Positions 58,267-64,000 of a DNA stretch of 64,000 nucleotides are shown piece by piece. A model generated the notes under the pieces. That model worked only from the letters and a program-made list of their open reading frames with translations. It was not told the origin of the DNA and made no database searches. The position numbers and the translations under genes are program-made. The stretch comes from Deltaproteobacteria bacterium (lineage in GTDB: Bacteria; Myxococcota; Kuafuiibacteriia; Kuafuiibacteriales; Kuafuiibacteriaceae), in the NCBI GenBank assembly GCA_040218735.1, contig JAVJQW010000050.1:160001-224000 (forward strand), given 5' to 3'. How positions within the stretch are numbered: the stretch's first letter is position 1; every line of letters begins with the position of its first letter.

Positions 58267-60993
58267 GTGGCGCTCGCGAGCCCTCAACGTAGCCGGTGGG
58301 TCCCGCACCTCCTGCTCGTTCTGTCGCTGCTCGTCCTGACGCTCACCTACGTCCAGCTCCAAGTGCGCGCGCGCGAAGATCGTGCAGAGTCCGTTCGACT
58401 GCACGCCGAGACGGCGGCCGGGCGTCTTCAGCTGTACTTCGTCGATCGGCTCGCCGCGTTGGAGTCGGTGCGCGACGCATGGACGGCGGGGCCGCCGACG
58501 GAAGCCCGCTTCGCGGAGCTCGCGATGGCGACCCACGATCGTTTCCGCGGGTTCGTCGCGCTCAACTGGATCGACCCGGACCACGTAATTCGGTGGGTGC
58601 ATCCCAAGACGCGCAACCTCAAGGCGAAGGACCGCGACCTCGACGACCACGCGATCGCCGGCCCGCTCGTGCAGCGCGCCGAGAAGACCGGGGCTCTGCA
58701 GATTACCCATCCGATCGAGCTGCTCCAGGGCGGCCGCGGAATCGCCGCCTATCTCCCGGTGTACCGCGACGGCGAGCTGGAAGGTTTCATCAACGGCGTG
58801 CTCAGTACCGACGAGCTGCGGGGGATGGTGCCCATGTACGAACCGATCGGCATCGCGCTGCGCCTACGCGACGGCAACCGCATCGTGTTCGAGCTCGGCG
58901 AGACGATGCCGGAGGACCACGAACGTTTGTCACGGACGATCCACGTGGGGCCCCGCAAGTGGAACCTCACGGTGATGGACGTGGGAGCGGACCGCCAGGC
59001 GCACAGCTGGGCGGACGAGGCCCTCCTGGCGAGCGGAGTCTTGCTCGCGCTGCTCTTCTTCGGCGCGCTGCTGATCATGGTTCGGCGCCGCGACGCGCTC
59101 GCGGTGACCGAGGCGCGCTACCGCACCCTGGTCGAGAACGCCCCGGAAGCGATCGTCGTGTTCTACGCCGACACGAAGCGCATCGTCGAAGTGAACGAGA
59201 ACGCCGCGACGCTGTACGGGATGCCTCGCGACAAACTCCTCGGGCGGCACTTCTCGGATCTCGCGCCGACCCAGCAGGAGGACGGTCGCCCGTCGGGCCT
59301 CGTCGCGACGGCGGTCATCGACGCCGCGCTTCGCGGTGAAGCGTCGCTGCTGACCTGGAAGCTCCTCGGCGACCAGGGTCCGCGCATCACCGAGCTCAGG
59401 TTGGTGCGCCTCCCCGGCGATCCCGCGCGCGTCCGTGCGAGCCTGACGCCGCTCGCGGAGCGCATGGCGCGTGAGTTCGCGCTGCAGAAGAGCGAAGCGC
59501 AGCTACGACGCATCCTCGAATCGACGCGCGACGGCGTGATCGTCGCGAACGCGCTCGGACAAGTGACCTTCGTGAACCGTCGGCTGCTCCAGATCTTGGA
59601 GCTCGAGGAGGGGATCGTGATCGGCGCGCGTCTCACGGACGTGTTGCGCAGCGAGAAGGACGCAAAGCCCGTCGCCGGGTCGTCCTCGGTGTCTTTCGAA
59701 CAAGAGCTGATCCGCGGCGACGGGACGACGGCGTGGGTCGTGCTCCGGACCCTCCCGATGCGCGACGAACGTGGTCGAAGCGACGGGACGCTCACGCTGA
59801 TCACCGACCTCTCCGACCGCCGATCACTCGAGGCGCAGCTCGCACACGCGCAGAAGATGGAGGCGATCGGCCGCCTGGCGGGAGGTGTCGCACACGACTT
59901 CAACAACCTGCTGATGGGCATCCTCACGTCCTCCGAGCTGCTCGAAGATCAGCCGCTCGACGACGAGAGCATCGAGCTCGTGCACGAGATCCAACGGTGC
60001 GGCGAACGTGCCGCGACGTTGACACGACAGCTCCTGACGTTCGGACGCAAAGACGTCGCGCAGCCGCGAACGCTCGAGGTCCGCAACCTGATCCAGGATC
60101 TCAAGTCGATGCTCCGCCGCGTCATCACGGAGAACATCGCGCTCGATATCACGTGCACCGACGACGTCGGCTTGGTGCACGCGGATCGCGTCCAGCTCGA
60201 ACAGGTCCTGATCAATCTCGCGGTGAACGCGAGCGACGCGATGCCCCACGGCGGCAAGCTGACCATCCACACGTCACCGGTCGAGCTCCTCGAAACCGAC
60301 GTCCGGCCGGTCGGCCTCCGCCCCGGGCGCTACACACAGATCATCGTCGAGGACACCGGACAAGGCATCCCGCGCGAGCACATGCAGCGGGTGTTCGAGC
60401 CGTTCTTCACGACCAAGGGGCCCACCGAGGGGACCGGCCTCGGCCTCGCGACGGCGCACGGCACGGTGACCGCGATCGGCGGGACGATCACCGTGGAGAG
60501 CACCGTCGGCAAGGGGACGCGGTTCGAGATCCACCTGCCGGAGGCGCCGCCCGGGAGCTTCGAAGAGCAGACGCCGGCGCCGCGCGGGAAGTCGCGCGGC
60601 CGCGAGACGATCCTGATCGTCGAGGACGAGGAGAACGTGCGCCACGCGCTCAAGCGCGCGCTCGCCGGTTCGGGCTACGAGGTCCTCGTCGCGTCGGACC
60701 CGCTCGAGGCGCTGGAGATCTTCTCGGCGCGGGAGGGGCCGATTCAGCTCGTGGTGTCCGACGTCGTGATGCCGCACATGAGCGGTCCGCAGCTCGCGGA
60801 GCAGATCCGAGCCTCCGAGCCCGAGATGGAGTTCCTGTTCATGTCCGGCTACGCGGGTGATCAGCTACCGGAGGATCTCGCGAGCCGCGAAGACCTGCTC
60901 CTCAAGAAGCCGTTCACGGCGGCGACGCTCACCGCACGTGTGCGACAGCGGCTCGACAAGACGCCGACCGGCGGCGTGCGCGTCAACCTTTGA
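58267..60993 (+). CDS. CHASE-PAS-PAS hybrid histidine kinase (CckA-like)
   Basis: TM-CHASE-like-TM, LVENAPEAI PAS, AHDFNNLL, FEPFFTTK, GTGLGL, REC DVVMP. Confidence 0.93.
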   Translation: MALASPQRSRWVPHLLLVLSLLVLTLTYVQLQVRAREDRAESVRLHAETAAGRLQLYFVDRLAALESVRDAWTAGPPTEARFAELAMATHDRFRGFVALNWIDPDHVIRWVHPKTRNLKAKDRDLDDHAIAGPLVQRAEKTGALQITHPIELLQGGRGIAAYLPVYRDGELEGFINGVLSTDELRGMVPMYEPIGIALRLRDGNRIVFELGETMPEDHERLSRTIHVGPRKWNLTVMDVGADRQAHSWADEALLASGVLLALLFFGALLIMVRRRDALAVTEARYRTLVENAPEAIVVFYADTKRIVEVNENAATLYGMPRDKLLGRHFSDLAPTQQEDGRPSGLVATAVIDAALRGEASLLTWKLLGDQGPRITELRLVRLPGDPARVRASLTPLAERMAREFALQKSEAQLRRILESTRDGVIVANALGQVTFVNRRLLQILELEEGIVIGARLTDVLRSEKDAKPVAGSSSVSFEQELIRGDGTTAWVVLRTLPMRDERGRSDGTLTLITDLSDRRSLEAQLAHAQKMEAIGRLAGGVAHDFNNLLMGILTSSELLEDQPLDDESIELVHEIQRCGERAATLTRQLLTFGRKDVAQPRTLEVRNLIQDLKSMLRRVITENIALDITCTDDVGLVHADRVQLEQVLINLAVNASDAMPHGGKLTIHTSPVELLETDVRPVGLRPGRYTQIIVEDTGQGIPREHMQRVFEPFFTTKGPTEGTGLGLATAHGTVTAIGGTITVESTVGKGTRFEIHLPEAPPGSFEEQTPAPRGKSRGRETILIVEDEENVRHALKRALAGSGYEVLVASDPLEALEIFSAREGPIQLVVSDVVMPHMSGPQLAEQIRASEPEMEFLFMSGYAGDQLPEDLASREDLLLKKPFTAATLTARVRQRLDKTPTGGVRVNL

Positions 60994-62422
60994 CGACGGC
61001 GAGCGGGACGAGCTTCGCGACCTTCGGCGCGATGCCGGAGCCCTCCATCACGTCGACCACGTTCTGCACGTCCTTGTAGGCCTCCGGGATCTCTTCGGCG
61101 ACGGTGCTGCGTTTCTCGCTTCGCACGTAGACGCCCTTCTCGATGAGCTCCTCGAAGATCGGACGCCCCTGCGCGGCGCGCTTCGCCGCCGCGCGCGAGA
61201 GCTGTCGACCCGCGCCGTGACAGGACGAACCAAACGTCTCCTGCATCGCACGCTCGGTGCCCTTCAGCACGAAGCTGTAGCGCCCCATGTCGCCCGGCAC
61301 GAGCACCGGTTGGCCGACGTCGCGGTACCGCGCGGGCACCTTCGGGTGCCCCGGACCAAACGCTCGCGTGGCGCCCTTGCGATGGACACAGACGCGCTTG
61401 GTGACGCCGTCGATCTCGTGCTCCTCCCACTTCGCGATGTTGTGGCAGACGTCGTAGACGAGCTCGAGCCCGAGCCGCACGTCGTCCTCACCGAAGAACT
61501 TCGCCATCGCGCCACGGACTTCGTTCGTCATCATCTGCCGGTTCGCGAACGCATAGTTGATCGCACACGCCATCGCCGCGAAGTACTTGTTCGCTTCGTC
61601 GCTCTTCAGCGGCGCAGCGGCGAGCTGGCGGTCCGGGAGCTGAACGCCGAGCTTCTTCGAAGCCTTCATCATCATCCGGAGCGCGTCGTCGCAGACCTGG
61701 TACCCGAAGCCCCGCGACCCCGAGTGAATCATCACGGTGACGCGATCCTTCTCGAGCCCGAACGCCTTCGCGGCTTCTTCGTCGTAGATCTCCGCGACGT
61801 ACCCGAGCTCGCAGAAGTGATTGCCGGAGCCGAGCGATCCGAGCTGCGGTTTGCCGCGCTCCTTCGCGCGCTTGCTTACGCGCGCCGGGTCGGCGCCCGC
61901 GAACGCGCCGCCCTCTTCGATGACCTCGGCGTCGGCGCGTCGGCCGTAACCTTCGTCGATCGCCCAGTTGGCGCCCTTCGTGAGCACGCCCTCCAGCTCC
62001 CGATCGGAGAGCGAGCGTTTCTTGCTGCCGCGACCAAGCCCGGAGGGAATCGCGTCGAACAACGCGAGTGAGAGCTCCTCGAGGCGATCGGCGACATCGG
62101 CGCGATCGAGGTTGGAGCGCATCAGGCGCACGCCGCAGTTGATGTCGTAGCCGACGCCGCCGGGGGACAACACCCCCTCGTCGGGATCGAAGGCGGCGAC
62201 GCCGCCGATCGGGAATCCGTAACCCCAGTGCACGTCGGGCATCGCGATCGACGCCTTCAAGATCCCGGGGAGGTGGGCGACGTTCTCGACCTGCTTGGGC
62301 GCCTGGTCCTTCTTGATGTCTTGCACCATCTCTTCGGACGCGTAGATGCGTCCGGGCACGCGCATGTTTCCGCGCGCAGGGATGCGCCAGCGGAACTCGT
62401 CTTCCTGTTCGAGGTAGACCAT
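60983..62422 (-). CDS. rtcB: RNA ligase RtcB (long, archaeal/eukaryotic-like type)
   Basis: MPDVHWGYGFPIGG, GYDINCG, GSGNHF, HSGSRG, HN, HRKGATRA, CHGAGR, EEIPEAYKD. Confidence 0.98.
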   Translation of the reverse strand: MVYLEQEDEFRWRIPARGNMRVPGRIYASEEMVQDIKKDQAPKQVENVAHLPGILKASIAMPDVHWGYGFPIGGVAAFDPDEGVLSPGGVGYDINCGVRLMRSNLDRADVADRLEELSLALFDAIPSGLGRGSKKRSLSDRELEGVLTKGANWAIDEGYGRRADAEVIEEGGAFAGADPARVSKRAKERGKPQLGSLGSGNHFCELGYVAEIYDEEAAKAFGLEKDRVTVMIHSGSRGFGYQVCDDALRMMMKASKKLGVQLPDRQLAAAPLKSDEANKYFAAMACAINYAFANRQMMTNEVRGAMAKFFGEDDVRLGLELVYDVCHNIAKWEEHEIDGVTKRVCVHRKGATRAFGPGHPKVPARYRDVGQPVLVPGDMGRYSFVLKGTERAMQETFGSSCHGAGRQLSRAAAKRAAQGRPIFEELIEKGVYVRSEKRSTVAEEIPEAYKDVQNVVDVMEGSGIAPKVAKLVPLAVVKG

Positions 62423-62442
62423 TCGTCTCTCTTCCTATCGCT

Positions 62443-62847
62443 TCACACGTCGATCACCACGCGACCGAACCATCCGTCGGCGCGCTCTTCGAGCAGCAGG
62501 TGGTGATACGTCACGCTCTTGAGCTCGGTCGCGAGTTTCTCCACCGCGCCCGACTCGCCACGGGCGGTGGCCACGATACGCTCCCGTTCGACGACGACCT
62601 CGCCGCCTTCGAACAGGAAGTCGTCGTTCACCGCCCAGTACAGAATCTCGTTGAGCCACACGACGAGGCCGTCCTCGAAGTCCGTGACCTCGAGCTCGGT
62701 CGTGCGCTGCGACGAACCTACGACCGATGCGCCTTCCGTCAACACGTCGATCACCGCGCGCGCGGCTTCGAGGAACAACGCGGGCAACGTCGGCGCCGAA
62801 AACTCCAGCGCGACGTCCGCGGTGTGGTCGAGTTGTCGGTAACTCAT
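62443..62847 (-). CDS. Archease (RtcB activator)
   Basis: YRQLDHTADV, WLNEIL, ELKSVTYH, C-terminal IDV. Confidence 0.95.
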   Translation of the reverse strand: MSYRQLDHTADVALEFSAPTLPALFLEAARAVIDVLTEGASVVGSSQRTTELEVTDFEDGLVVWLNEILYWAVNDDFLFEGGEVVVERERIVATARGESGAVEKLATELKSVTYHHLLLEERADGWFGRVVIDV

Positions 62848-64000
62848 CGACGACGGACGAAGGCGAGCAGGCCCAGCAAGAAGATCGCGCCGAGCCCCCC
62901 GCGCGCTTGGCTCGCGTTACACCCGCACCCGCCCGTCGTGGTGGGGGTGATCGTGCCGGCGTCGGACGTCCCGGCGTCGGGGACATCGACGGCGCCCGGG
63001 CGCACGGTGATCGGGATGGAGACCGAGACCATCTCGCGGGGCGGCGCGTGCCCCAAGGCCTCCCAGACCTGCTCGAGTTTGTTGCCCTCCTCCGTCCCGT
63101 TGGCGCGCTGGAGGAGGTAACGCACGGTCTCGCCGTCGGTCGCCTGGTACATCGCACGCACCGTCACGGTGCCGGTCGTCGCCATGGGTACGTCCGGCGC
63201 GACGAGCTCGTAAGTATGGTCGTCGTAGTGGCGATACGGGCCGCTGCCGTAGTCACGCCCCGCGGGGATCATGTCGGGCCGCGAGGGGTCGGGCATGAAG
63301 CCGCGCGGCGGGAGGCGCGTGTCACTGATGATCTGGTTCATCAGGATGAGGCTGTGCTCGCGACGGCTCACGCCGTTCATCACGCGCCCGTGCTCGGTAT
63401 CGTACGAGCGGAGCTGTTCGTCGCGGACGAGGTCACCGGTCGCTTGATCCCAACGACCGGAGACGATCTGTTTGTCCTGCCCGTCCATGGTGATCGAGAC
63501 CTCCATGTAGACACGACGGCCCTCCGGATAGCCGGACGGGAGCTTGTGCCCCGTGAGGTTCGTCAGGCGCACGCCGAGGCTCGCGGTGTCGCCGGACTGA
63601 AGTGACAGGCGCTGCGATGACGGCTCGGTGATCTCCAGCGACGCCGCGCGCGCCAGCGACCGGTCGGCCCACTCGCGCGCGGCGCGTAGCTCGACGCCCG
63701 ACGGTGAGAAGACGTTGCGGTCGAGGATCGCGACCGCGTCGAGCGCGAAGCGGTTGCCGCCGACAAAGTCGTGCACCTTGAGGTCGTCGTAGACCGGCGC
63801 GCCCTCCGCGGCTTCGCCGCGCGTCGTCGTCATGTGGCAGTCGATGCAGGTCTCGCCGCCGGCCTTCGAGAAGTCGGAGTCCAACCACTCTTCGTAGGTG
63901 CGCTGCTCGTAGTAGACGACGGGGAGGACGTTGCCGTCCTCGTCGTGTCCGTCTTCCGTAGGGTTGAAGAGGCTGTGGCAGATGGCGCACGAGTCCGCGC
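62844..64000 (-). CDS. Multiheme c-type cytochrome with MYXO-CTERM anchor, 5' end outside window
   Basis: Frame open to the window edge; CAICH and CIDCH heme motifs, EQRTYEEW, GHKLPSGYPEGRR; C-terminus GGCGC...IFLLGLLAFVRRR. Confidence 0.9.
   Translation of the reverse strand, partial: ADSCAICHSLFNPTEDGHDEDGNVLPVVYYEQRTYEEWLDSDFSKAGGETCIDCHMTTTRGEAAEGAPVYDDLKVHDFVGGNRFALDAVAILDRNVFSPSGVELRAAREWADRSLARAASLEITEPSSQRLSLQSGDTASLGVRLTNLTGHKLPSGYPEGRRVYMEVSITMDGQDKQIVSGRWDQATGDLVRDEQLRSYDTEHGRVMNGVSRREHSLILMNQIISDTRLPPRGFMPDPSRPDMIPAGRDYGSGPYRHYDDHTYELVAPDVPMATTGTVTVRAMYQATDGETVRYLLQRANGTEEGNKLEQVWEALGHAPPREMVSVSIPITVRPGAVDVPDAGTSDAGTITPTTTGGCGCNASQARGGLGAIFLLGLLAFVRRR

Noticed and set aside
1-64000. 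CRISPR array, tRNA/rRNA, IS element, prophage or known defence system
   Set aside because: No spaced repeats, cloverleafs, transposase, integrase, phage or recognisable defence genes seen; intergenic gaps are all under about 200 bp

Overview
High-GC (roughly 70% by eye) bacterial chromosome segment, very probably from a myxobacterium (Myxococcota). The evidence is two MYXO-CTERM-type tails, several Hanks-type Ser/Thr kinases, an FHA-sigma54 activator, a giant TPR protein, an MXAN_5187-like protein and Cys-rich lipoproteins. About 36 real CDSs; the first (FHA-bEBP) and last (multiheme cytochrome) run off the window ends. Core genes are secA, a nadD-like gene, recN, an M23 peptidase, a PP2C phosphatase, a moaD-moaE fusion, an RlmD-type methyltransferase and rtcB plus archease. 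Accessory modules lie between them. Most long ORFs in the track are GC-driven antisense shadows. I saw no rRNA, tRNA, CRISPR array, integrase or transposase. Best leads: (1) an FHA-bEBP facing a sigma54 promoter that drives a disordered, Thr-motif-rich, tail-anchored protein; (2) a 926-aa MYXO-CTERM-tethered protein with an alpha-pore-forming-toxin-like core and a convergent small secreted partner; (3) a DUF2239 gene with twin palindromes over its own promoter, behind an adaptor-less TolC-RND pair; (4) a TetR-controlled carotenoid oxygenase coupled to a lipoprotein with three ~250-aa repeats; (5) a surface-anchored multiheme cytochrome coupled to archease-rtcB. All calls come from reading motifs by eye; no searches were run.
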